Below, piece after piece: positions 48,940-59,610 of a stretch of DNA of 64,000 bases. The notes beneath the pieces are model-generated. The model was not told the origin of the DNA. It was given only the letters and a program-made list of their open reading frames with translations, and searched no databases. The stretch comes from Vicugna vicugna (Eukaryota): positions 1,604,777 through 1,668,776 of the forward strand of contig MU058337.1 of assembly GCA_013265495.1 (NCBI GenBank), read 5' to 3'. The position numbers and the translations under genes were made by a program. Each line of letters starts with the position of its first letter. Position 1 is the first letter of the stretch.

Positions 48940-49202
48940 AATGGGTTTTCGTTTTTATTTTATTACTTTTTTGGGGTTTTTTGGGGGGGTGGTAGGTAAT
49001 TAGGTTTCTTTCCCTTTCTTCCTTTCTTTCCTTCCTTCCCTTCCTTCCTTTCTTTCTTTCTTCCCTTCTTCCTTCCTCCCTTCCTCCCTTTCTCTCTCTC
49101 TCTCTGTTTCTCTCTTTCTTTCTTATGCAGGCACTGGGGACTGAACCCAGGACCTCATGCATGCTAAGCACACACTGTACCACTGAGATGTACCCACCTC
49201 CC
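48940..49202 (-). mobile_element. vic-1-type SINE, long form, with its internal linker expanded to (CTTT/CCTT/CT)n
   Basis: Tail 'gtaggtaattagg' at ~48992-49004, pyrimidine repeat ~49005-49124, tRNA-like body 49125-49202. Confidence 0.88.
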
Positions 49203-49787
49203 ACCCATCAGCTTTCTTACCTGATAATCCTTCCTCAGGACGCGACCCTATTTGCTGGAGCCCTAATACGAACAAGGATTGTAAGGACATCTCCTAACAG
49301 CTCCTATGGCCCGAGGGAGATCATACTCTATTTGGGAATGTGTGAACCAAGATTTTAAAAGTAACATGAGCTAACTTTTGAAACAAGGAAACCTAAAGAG
49401 CAAGGAAGACTTGAACAAAAGATGAGGCTACTTTGCAAAGAAATGAAACAGGCACGCTGGTGGGAGGCTTCCAGCGGAAAGCTAGGAAGGCAGGTCAGTG
49501 TACTTCTCTTACACGTGGGCGGGAAGGCGCTTTTTCCATCACTGCTCAAGGGACCAAGTTTCTTCCCAAGCTGGGGAGCTAGGACTCGTTTCCTATGAGG
49601 CTGAAAGTACAAGGGCTCCTGGCTTCAGCCAGGCACGTGCTCATCTCTGCACGTGACTAATGGTGCGGGCTGCCTTCCGTGTCTGGGCCCTGTCCTTGGC
49701 AATGGGGACCCAGAATGAATGGCGCAAGATGGAGGAGGCAGTCCTTTCTCGTAGAGCTTGCATGTGATGTCCAGAAGGAGGGCGCTT

Positions 49788-50035
49788 GATACTAACTACT
49801 GTATAGTAAATAGATAAACAGGTTTCTTCCGTACAGCACAGGGAACCATATTCAATAGCTTGTAGTAACCTATGATGAAAAAGAATACGAAAAGGAATAT
49901 ATGTGTGTGCATGGATGCCTGAAACATGGTGCTGTACACCAGAAATTGACACAACATTGTAAACTGACTCTACCTCAGTTAAAAAAAAAAAAGAAAAAAA
50001 ATGTAAAAATGTAAATAAAAATTAAAAATAAAAAA
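49788..50035 (+). mobile_element. L1 3' UTR tail with long A-rich tail
   Basis: 'gatactaactactgtata...cacagggaaccatattcaatagcttgtagtaacc...aattgacacaacattgtaaactgac'. Confidence 0.92.
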
Positions 50036-51451
50036 CAGAGTGGGCTTTTCTTCTGTGTTTCAGACCAGGCTCCGTGAGTGAAAAGCCCCTTCGCTTCCTC
50101 TCCATCCTCCTCCCCTCCTGCTTCCTTCGACCTCCCCAGACACACAAACCCACAGCACACAAAGGCCCCGAGCCTCCCTCCCGGGGGGGAGGGAAGGCTC
50201 TGTAACGCCCTCCCCCAGCGCCCCCCCTCCCCGCCAGGCTCACTTGTCAGCAGCTACTTCCAGCTGAAACGCACGGAGCCTCTCAGCGGGCAAGTCCTCC
50301 TGGCTCTCCTCCAGGGCGGCTTTACTTTCTCGTACTTTGTTGCTGTTTGGAAGACCTGCTCCCGTCTGGTGGCCATATGTGGTCACCCTGGCGTCCCCGT
50401 AACCACCGTAATGACAAGGCAGGGCTCCTAACATCGGTGTAGTTTTCCGTAGATGGGCTGATTTGAATTGGAGATGTTTTATTCATCATGTTAAGAGGAT
50501 GAGACCCTCAAGTCAGGTTAATCGACTATTACATTTCTCTGCCACTCATACATCCAGGGAGAGTCTTTTCTGCTCTGCCTTTCAATGCTCCCCTCAACCC
50601 TTGAGGCCCTAATTTGGGGGTGGGACTCGGTTCCTGCCACCCCGTCCATCAATCACTTTTGCTCCTTATGCAAACACAGACAGTTTTGTCATTATTCTAA
50701 AAATAGGTGCTTTCGAGGAGGCTGGTAACCAGTTTATCTTGCTCTTTTCTGGAGCTGCTTTTACTTGTAGAAGCACTAACGAGACATGCCCACTGGTTTC
50801 CAAAGCAGGAATATGGGTCTCTCACTGATACAAACATCTCACCTTTTGGCCTCGTAGTTTACTCACTGGGGAGCGTGATTTTTTTTTTATTGCCTTGTAA
50901 AATAGCTTGCTTGTCACATTACAGCTTAATTGGGGACACAAAATAATAAATAATTTAAAATAGACAAGGAGGGGAATCAAACAAGGCCCAGTGAGGCCCC
51001 TCTGGTGTCGCTCGGGCTCTGGGACTCGAGCACTTTAATCATATCTGGTGCTGAGTACGACTTTGAAACTTTCTCTGAAGTTGTTTCTGCCTCTAATTCC
51101 TCAATAAAAATGGATCAGATGGTTTTATTTTTCCATAACCAGGTGGAAAATTTCTTGTCATCAAATTCATTCAACAGAAAGGATTGTAATATCTGTGTCA
51201 CCACTGTCTTGTCCCTGGGGGGGGTGACAGGGACAGCACCTGTTAACGACAGGGCTCACACAAGGTCGTCTTCCTGAAATGCTCATCACAGGAACTGGCA
51301 TGGAGTAAAGAACAAATAAACATCAAGAATAAAGAACATCCAGTGCTTTCTTACAAACTTAGACCTTCTGGTACCCATGGGAACAGCCCCCCTCCCTGTA
51401 AGCAGGAAGGAAGGGTCAGGGTGGGGCGGGCACGGCTTGCCCATCTCCCCC

Positions 51452-51815
51452 TGATGGCTAACTTGACGCGTCAGCTTGGCCAGGCTGTGGTGTCCAGTTC
51501 AGTCAAACACTCGTCTAGGTGTCTCTGTGAAGGTGCTTTTCAGACGTGAGGCACACTGGCAATGATGACTTTAAGTGAAGCGGGTTGCCCCCCTAACCTG
51601 AGTGTCAGCTAAGCCATTAAAGGCCTCAGGAGCCAACCGTGGGGTTTCCTGGAGAAGAAGGGGCTTTGCCTCAGGGCTGCAGAATAGGAGCCCTGCCTGT
51701 CTTTCCAGCCTGCCCCCAACGTCGCAGACCTGCCAGTGCTCCTATTGCAGGAGCCGGTTCTCTCTCGGCATACATCCCATTGCATCTGCATTTCAGGAGA
51801 ACTCTGACAAATACA
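51452..51815 (+). mobile_element. ERVL LTR (MLT2D-like)
   Basis: 'tgatggctaacttgacgcgtcagcttggccaggct...gactttaagtgaagcgggttgccc...ggagaactctgacaaataca'. Confidence 0.8.
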
Positions 51816-52225
51816 CTGTGCTCTTGCTCTGTTTTCAACTGTATCCGTGTATTATTTCCATAAAAGAAGATACTGGATTTGGGGTGTAGATGGAGGCAAA
51901 CTCTTGGATGCTGCGTCTTCCTTCCATGCCTGAGCGTGTGGTGGTGGAGATGCTCCCTCGGGGTCTGCGGGGCGGCTGCGGGGCGGGGTGTCACCCTGTG
52001 GCTTCTGGCTGGATGTGCGCTGACTACCGTCCAATTCCTGACATTGCACTTGGCTCCCAGTAGTGTCAGTGGTCAAAATGCAAAGGACAGTTTAGGGATA
52101 ATCTGGGACCTAGTATGTGTGACGAGGAAACCATGGCATTGCTGTAGTGGAATATGTGACCGTGTTTCTGCGAGCGCTTCATTTTCTGAGGCATGGGGAT
52201 GGTTTGGGGTACATCCAGAGACTAT

Positions 52226-52461
52226 GGGAAGGGATAAATTGGGAGTTCGAGATTTGCAGATACTAACTACTATATATAAAACAGACATGCAGCAAGTTTC
52301 TACTGTATAGCCCAGGGAACTATATTCAGCATCTTGTAGTGACTTATAATTAAAAAGATACGAAAACGAACATGTGTATGTATATGAATGACTGAACTGT
52401 TATGGTGTACATCAGAAACTGACACCATTGATAAACTGGCTATACTTCAATTTTGAAAAAA
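52226..52461 (+). mobile_element. L1 3' UTR tail
   Basis: 'gggaagggataaattgggagttcgagatttgcagatac...tatacttcaattttgaaaaaa'; TSD-like agagactat/agaggctat. Confidence 0.92.
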
Positions 52462-52999
52462 GGAGAGGCTATATTTAACGGAGGGAGAATCTAGTCATTT
52501 AACTAACTGGTAAGCCTAACTTTTCTGGACCTCATTCCTTCCTGAAAAGGAGGAAGTTGGAAGTAGATGATCTTGTAAATTCGTTCTCCAGTTCTCCAGA
52601 GCGGGAGGTTCCCGTGGACGCCGCACTGCCGGGCCCAGCTGGTCCTGGTGTTTGGACTCCGGTGACCGGGTGGGCTGAGGAGGGAGGTGGTTCAGCCCTG
52701 GCCGGTGCCTCTGCTCAGCTGGGGAGCAGAGGATGAGGCGGTTTGGCTGGAAATGGTTAGTCAGCTAGAGACAAGGTGAGAAACCAGAAACAGCCCTGAG
52801 GTCAGGGGCTGAGGGAAATGCCAGGAGGTCGGACGTGACGGAGCAGGGCTTAGGAGGGGAGCTGCGTGCGGGAGGGACGCGGACTTTCACACATCAAGTG
52901 TCGACTTCACGCAGCACGGGCAGTCTGGACCGTCTGACGCCAGCTACTGACGTGCCGTGATGCTGGAATCTGTGTCAGGGCGCTTGTTTCCCTCAGTGG

Positions 53000-53175
53000 C
53001 TGTTTGGTGCTGAGCACTTGACATGCATTATGTTCTTTCATCTTTACAACAAACCTGTGAGGTTGGTCTTATTTTCCTAATTTTTACAAGGGATGATCCT
53101 GAGGCTCAGATTGTTAAAAAGCTTTCTTAGGATTCAAATATTAAACTGGGAAGGGATGGAGCTGAGATTCTGGCT
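53000..53175 (-). mobile_element. MIR SINE
   Basis: 'tacaacaaacctgtgaggttgg...ttttacaagggatgatcctgaggctcaga'. Confidence 0.7.
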
Positions 53176-53840
53176 ATAGTCTTTGTGATTCTGAAATCCA
53201 CAGACAATCCATTATACACCTGCATTTTGAATGATTGAAAAACAAATGAACAAATGAATGAAAGAATATGTATTTTGACTGATTTGTTTGATAAGTTATG
53301 ACAATAAAAGACCCCGTCCCTTGCCTAACACATTTAGGAATGATTTTCACACCTGTACCTACAAGGCTGGGGGGGCCTTTAGCCAGTGCGGGGGCTTTGG
53401 TGCTGCAGACTCTCCAAGGGCAGGAAGAACACACAACCTATTCTGTCTTTTTTTTTTTTGTCCGAGAATCTGGCCAAAAAGGCTCGGGGAGCCAGTAAAG
53501 GGTGGAGAGGTGGTGGTTTCAGAGACATCGCACAGCCCCCTGTACGTCAACGCTTACTGCTCTAAGTGCTTTGTCTGTCTCTCTACTGGGAACTGGTGGC
53601 AAAAATCTCCCCCTTCAGTGTGGAGCTGACGCGCTGGGCAGAGGAGATAAGTCACATCCACTTGCATCATCGGCTTGTCTCCTGGCTGGTCGCGGGCTAT
53701 TCTCATGAAGATGTGGAGAGGGAGCTCATGACCCCAGGGCCCGGCTCGGAGCAAGGCAGGGACACTGGCAGGGGCCCAGGTGCTACGTCACAGGGACCTC
53801 GCATCCCGGCGCCTGGGAACAAAGAGAGGGCTCCCGCACC

Positions 53841-53952
53841 TACACACTCACACACACACACGCGCACACACACACTGACACGCTTACACACAGACACAGT
53901 CACACACACACGCATGCTGACATGCTCACACACACACACACGTACACACACA
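53841..53952. repeat. Imperfect (CA)n tract
   Basis: Direct reading. Confidence 0.9.
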
Positions 53953-53959
53953 TTCCTTT

Positions 53960-54250
53960 TCTACAGAGGAAGCCTCTCTGAGAAATCGAGGTTGGACTTT
54001 GTCTGTCTCAGTCACCGCTGAGTGACACAATTCACCCCGAACAACAGAGAGCGTGGGGTTGTGTCGGGCCCACTCCCGCCCGGCCCCCACGCTCACGCCG
54101 CTGTCTCGTCAGCGTGTCCGTGAACCTCGGGGGAGAAGCGCCCTGCTGGCTAAGAGCTGCCAGGGGTGAGTCGGGAGCGGGGAGCCTGGGGGCTGGAGGC
54201 AGGGCCGGGCTCGGGCGCTGAGAAAGGGTGGGCGGGGTGTGGGTGGATCC
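53960..54250 (+). promoter_or_regulatory. CpG-rich candidate promoter / non-coding first exon
   Basis: Local CpG density, GC boxes (cccgccc, gggcgggg), donor-like GG|GTGAGT at 54166 followed by G-runs; gene not identified. Confidence 0.45.
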
Positions 54251-54699
54251 TGTGGTTTGCCAAGTAGGACATGGGCTCATTCAACACTCTGGATATTTTT
54301 TGGGGGGGATGGGGATGCAGAAGAGGGCAAACTAATTTAAAATGTGAACTTTTTATCAATTTGAAGTGTAAACTGATTAGTGATCCCAGTTTTGAAGAAT
54401 ATCAATGAAAATAGTTTGGGTTTTCTTGTAACATTACAAAGCACATTTTCAGAGTGAAATATGGATCAGACATAATGCAGGAATGGTGACCACACACCTC
54501 CTCTCCCCCGGCCATTTGGTTTGCCTGCAGTGTGCTGGGGTGGGGGACGCCGGGGAAAGGCGGGTCGTGGAGTCCCCAGCCGCGCTGTGTGGCCTCAGAA
54601 AAGTTTTTCACTTCTTTGAGCCCCAGTGCCTCGCCGGCGAGGTCAGCAGACTGGATTGGGTGTGCTTTCTGTTCCTCTCCCTGTCTGAAATTCAAGATT

Positions 54700-54900
54700 C
54701 AAGCAAGTACCAAGCACTGTAGACTCGTTATTTTATTGAATCCTGATCATAAAGGTAGGAAACAGGATTATTGCCATCATTTCACAGGCACAGACTCAAA
54801 GGTTAAAATTTGCCCGAGGTGACCCACTTAGCACGTGGTCAGGCCCCCCACGCAGTCTGGAGTCTGGGTCATTTGGGGATGGACATTTTTTCCACCACGC
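54700..54900 (-). mobile_element. MIR SINE
   Basis: 'ttattgaatcctgatcataaaggtagg...catttcacaggcacagactcaaaggttaaaatttgcccgaggtgac'. Confidence 0.6.
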
Positions 54901-55095
54901 AGCGCTGCATCCCAACAAAAAGAGGAGGCTAAAGTGAGATTGGGACAGGAGGAGAAGAGATGTGAGAAGAAATTACTGGATGGAACTTCCGATGCAATGG
55001 TCTTGACCCAGCTCTCCAGGAGATGGGCGGTTAGGGAAGTGGGAGGAGCAAAGACAGCTATTTATTTCTGTACTCCTCCCTGTAATACATCTCTA

Positions 55096-55209
55096 TTTTT
55101 TTCTCTTTTTTCTTCTTCTCCTTTTTTTAAAATGGAGGTACTGGATTGAATCCAGGACCTCGTGCATGCTAAGCATGCGCTCTACTGCTGAGCTGTTTCT
55201 GTCCCTCCC
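55096..55209 (-). mobile_element. vic-1-type SINE, short form, with TSD
   Basis: 'atggaggtactggattgaatccaggacctcgtgcatgctaagc...'; TSD aatacatctcta / aatatatctcta. Confidence 0.88.
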
Positions 55210-55944
55210 AATATATCTCTAACATTAAAATTGTAAGCACTATTATTCTAAGAAGGCAAACTTTTATGTTACTAGGTTTTAGATCCACCAAACCTAGCAC
55301 GTCAACATTGCACTCTCCCGCATCATTCTGGGATCCTTCGTGGGTCCTGGCTCTCTCCATCTGGATTCGGCATCCTTATGGTTTCTGCAGGAGGTGCCAC
55401 CAGTGAGTCAGGACATGGCCTCCTCCCTCTGAGTCCACTAGGAGCCGATTTCCCAGTCTATTTAGGGGACAGGTGTTGGAGGAGGGGTCTTTTAGGTGAG
55501 TGGCAAACCCCACCAGAAATTCTCGAGGCACCTACTTTCAGGGCAAGGAGATTAATGCCAGTGTGTTTTCTTTGTCCCAGTCTGGTTCATATTTTTAACT
55601 ACCTTTCAGTTTTCCCCATAGGTTCTATAGAGACACCATCACCCACCTCCTGTCTTGGCTTGGCCGTGTCACTGAGGAAAAAAGTCTCTTGAGTTTTCTC
55701 CCAGTGTGACCTTATTCTCTTCGCTACTCCATCCCACAGTTACGTGGGCCCCTTCACCTGGCAACTCTCACCTGAGTCCTCAGTAAGGCAAGCGGCAGGG
55801 TTTGCCTCCTTCGTGAACCTGGACTTGCCTCGTGAGTTGGCTCCTGAGGAAGGAGAGACAGGGACTCGGAGGTGAGATGCGAAGGGCAGAGGGCAGCACC
55901 CCTGGTCAGATGCACCCCCGCTGGGATCCAGGTCTGAGTGGAGG

Positions 55945-56072
55945 ATGGTTAGCAGCAGCCCTGCCTCTGCCGCGAGATGCTGTGAGCACCGTCTGTCCCC
56001 TGGGAAAAGCCAAGTGTCTCCAGATACTGGCAAACGTCCCCCAGGGGCAAAACGGCCCCTTTGAAGACCCCT
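55945..56072 (-). mobile_element. MER20 fragment
   Basis: 'tgtctccagatactggcaaacgtcccccaggggcaaaacggcccc...gacccctg'. Confidence 0.75.
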
Positions 56073-57969
56073 GCTCTAGACCTGTTCCTTCCTGTCCAGG
56101 CCATGTGCACAGACTTTTCTTCTGGAAGGATCTGCCCAAAGCAGCTGTACCCATCCAGACCACTGCTGCTGACACGGAAGAGATGGACTGCTTTCCAGCA
56201 AGAGCCATGTCAGACGCTGGCGATGGCACGGTCCCTTGGGGAGCCCCCACAGCCTCCTGGAGTTATCCCTCTTCTGTCACAGCAGAGTGGCCGTCATGTG
56301 TTGGTCCTGGGGCCCAGGTGAGCTGCTACAGGACCTCGATATGGCCCAGAAAGGACCTCATAGGGGAGCCAATAGTCCTGGTTTGCCAGGACATCGCTGG
56401 AGAACGAGTCCTGTGTTTGGGGAAGCCCCTCAGCTTGGGGCAGTTTGGACGGCCGATACCAGGTCACTTCTCTATTAGGCTGTCATTCAAGTGGCTTTGG
56501 CTGCGAGATGGTCATTTCCAGTTTGGGTCAATGATGCTCCTCACTTGGCAGTGAGAGAGGAGGGGGCTTCTCACTCAGCCTCAGGGAGCAGTGGACATCC
56601 CAGCTTGCTGCTGCAGTTGCTTCTTTCCTTTGGGAAATCAGAGAGTTGCTAAGAGGTGATGTTAGGTGAGCTTCCAAATACGAGGGAGCGTGGTGGGAGT
56701 GGGGCTGGGGTGGGACCTGCTCTGGAGCTTCTGCTGAAACCAGCATCTGTCCGTGCGGAGACCCAGCGTGGTTTCTGTGGGCACCCAGGTCCGTGTGCTG
56801 GAGCCAGCTGCGCGTGTCTTGGCGTACGGTCCACACCGGAAAGTACTCTGCCAGCTGCCACCAGTGAGGACGCGCAGGTGAGGCTGCACACGGGAGGACG
56901 CCAGTCTTTGCGAGTCTTGTTAAAGCTGTGGTCGTGGAGACTCCTCCTGGGCTTGTGAACTTCTGCGAACACTTCTGACCTGGGACCTACTTTGTCTTTC
57001 CGCCTGCTGTTCAGAACGTCATCTCTGGAGCTAGGACCGTGTATCCAGTCCCACTGGGAGCATGTTGGCCCCTTGTACCTCCTCTCCCCTGTTTGTGGTT
57101 CTTGTTTGTCTTAAAATTAAACTCTTCTAGATTCCTGAGGTTGTAAAGGACAAGCACTCTCTGTTTTGAGGGAGAGGCAGTTGCTTCCCCCCCTCAAATC
57201 ACGTAGATGGAGATACGGCTGCACTTGGTTAGTTTCATGTCTACCAAGATGTCATTGCTTACAGAAGAGCCTGGGGTTTTCAAGAATAGTAACACGGTGA
57301 TTTGTCTTTCAAATGCTGCTTTACTTATAGCAGCAATAACAGGAAATGTGTACTATTTTTCAGTGTTACAATCTGATTCACCCTTTGATATAAACAGCTT
57401 TATCTCATCTCATTGTTTATATCACATTCCTATTCCTCTGGAAAGAACAATATTTTTCCCCCTGAAAAGTAATACATTCTTGTCTAAGAATGGCTTAAAT
57501 AAGTAACAGATGGTCCTTTTTGTGTATGTGTCCCCTCCTCCCTCTCATTCTCAGCTTTTGATCAGATATTAAAATCAGTATTTTTTGGAAGCATTGTCTG
57601 TGCCTGAACACAGAGGTCGGTTTCCAACTTGGCTTCTTTTATGTATGTGATGGTGGTGTTGCTGGGACAGTTTTCGGAGATAGGCAATTGAATAAATTTA
57701 TTTGCACTTGTCAAATGGAACGTGCTTGAACAAACCTCTTCTCTGGTTCGTAGTTACCCTGGATCGTCATGGGAAAGACAGACTAGAACATTCAGCCTGC
57801 TGCACAATCTTGGCCATAAAACAGAGGCCGCTGTACACCAGGCCCTCACCATGAGATGCATTTATTTATAACTAAGTTCTAACATTAAAATTTGTGCTGA
57901 GAACAGGGCTGAATTTTTCTTGTCAACACGAAGTTTCATTCCTTGTCTTGGTTCAGGGGAAATACATGC

Positions 57970-58125
57970 GATTAGAAGCCAGGAGATTTCTGATGTTGCC
58001 TTGCTAGCTCCATGAGTGAAGGACTGCCTCGTGTCTGCTTTCCTGTCTACCTACCGCAAGGGCTGCTGGGAATGTAACATGAGATAATAGTTATAATGAT
58101 GCTTTAAAAAATCAAATGCACTTTG
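57970..58125 (+). mobile_element. MIR fragment
   Basis: 'ctacctaccgcaagggctgctgggaatgtaacatgagataat'. Confidence 0.5.
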
Positions 58126-58639
58126 AGTTTAAGGCATCTATTTTTAGACATTAAAATCAAGCAGTGAAGTATAGATATTGCTTAATGATGGGCTCCTGCC
58201 TAGAAGACTGCGGTTCATAGGTTAGCCTTCTTGTCAAGTGGTCTTATTTCAAAAGATGTAATTTCTTTGCGATCAGCATTTCCAGGAAAGGAACACAAAT
58301 CTGCATAGAGTCACTACTGCAAGCTTCCGTAAACTGTCCCCTGGAGCAGGGATTGGGGTTAATTCGTTTCTGCACTTGGACCCCACAATCCTGGAGCCTA
58401 GTGGGTGCTCCAATATACATGCAACAAAATTATGAATATTGTCGTGGATAAACTACCCTCAGTTCTTTTACAAAAACCTTTGAATTATCAAGTGGATACA
58501 CTTTTGTGCCATTTATCCATTTTTGTCGTGATTAAAACCTTCTATTTCCCTACTAGATAGAAAGTTGAGGTCATGATCCATGATATCAAAATCTTCTCTT
58601 TGTTGGTTTGTTTTTATGGTCTGAAAAGAACATTTTTCT

Positions 58640-58930
58640 TTTCAGGTCATGACAAAGTTTACACGTGACAACTGTAGAAGGATAAACACACATAAAAAAA
58701 GAAATAACCACCCATTAGCCCACAAGTGTCACAGAGACAGAGCTCCAATGTACGTTGGTAATATGTTAAGAAAACAAGTCACATAACAGTATTTATGTGT
58801 GACAGCAGTTGCACAAGGAAAATATACACATGTGTACGTGTGTGTGGATGTGCATGTCCCTATATGTGTGTATCGATGGATATGAATGGATAATAAAGAT
58901 AGGACGGGTACATTTAAACGCACAGATTAT
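58640..58930 (-). mobile_element. Old L1 (L1ME/L1MC-like) 3' fragment
   Basis: 'acaaagtttacacgtgacaactgtagaagga...aaataaccacccattagcccac...cagagac'. Confidence 0.45.
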
Positions 58931-58959
58931 GGCTGGAGAGAAGGCGGACAGGAGAAATT

Positions 58960-59610
58960 CAGACAGAAATCTTTATGAGCAGGCGTGTTTGGGAATTTTA
59001 TGGAGGAGGTTGGATTTGAGCTGAGGCTGGAGGGACAGGTACAATTTTGACAAAGAGACAAGACTGAGTGTTGTCACGTTCCTGGTGAGGAGCAGCCTAT
59101 GAGTAAAGACGCAGTGCGAGGCATTGGTGTGGTGTGTTTACGGCGTGCGAGAAGTCTGGGCTCTCCCTGGGCTGGAGACAGGGGAGAGAGACACGTGGAA
59201 AGCTGGATTGGGGAGACTTTGGAGGGATGAGGATGCCAGTTTGAGGCACTGAAAGCTTATAAGAAGGCAAATGAAATGAAAAAGTAAGATTTCTTGAAGA
59301 CCAGTCAGGTGGTATTTAAGTAGAATGAACTGGAGAGGGGAGAGATGAGAGAGTGAGACGAATTAGAAAAGGCCTGTGATGGCCCAGGTATGAAATGATC
59401 GAGTGCTGGAGGAGGATAATGCCACTGGAAACGGAAGGAACGGATGAAGGTAAAAGGCACTCTGAAGAAGCAATAGGACTTGCTGCCTGACAAGATAACG
59501 GGCACACGGGAGAAGGGAGAATCTAAGAAAATAGCCACCAAGTTGAAGCCCAAGTGACTGCTGGAAATGATGGTACTGTTGACAGAAGTAGGGGAGACAG
59601 AAACTGTGTT
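58960..59610 (-). mobile_element. L2 fragment
   Basis: 'ttatggaggaggttggatttgagctgagg', 'gagtaaagacgcag', 'gatggtactgttgacagaagtagggga'. Confidence 0.75.

Noticed and set aside
50170..50200. GC-rich imperfect hairpin
   Set aside because: Short, low-complexity and bulged; likely chance
55832..56554. Longest ORF (240 aa)
   Set aside because: Non-ATG start, overlaps a MER20 fragment, no recognisable domain; expected by chance in GC-rich DNA
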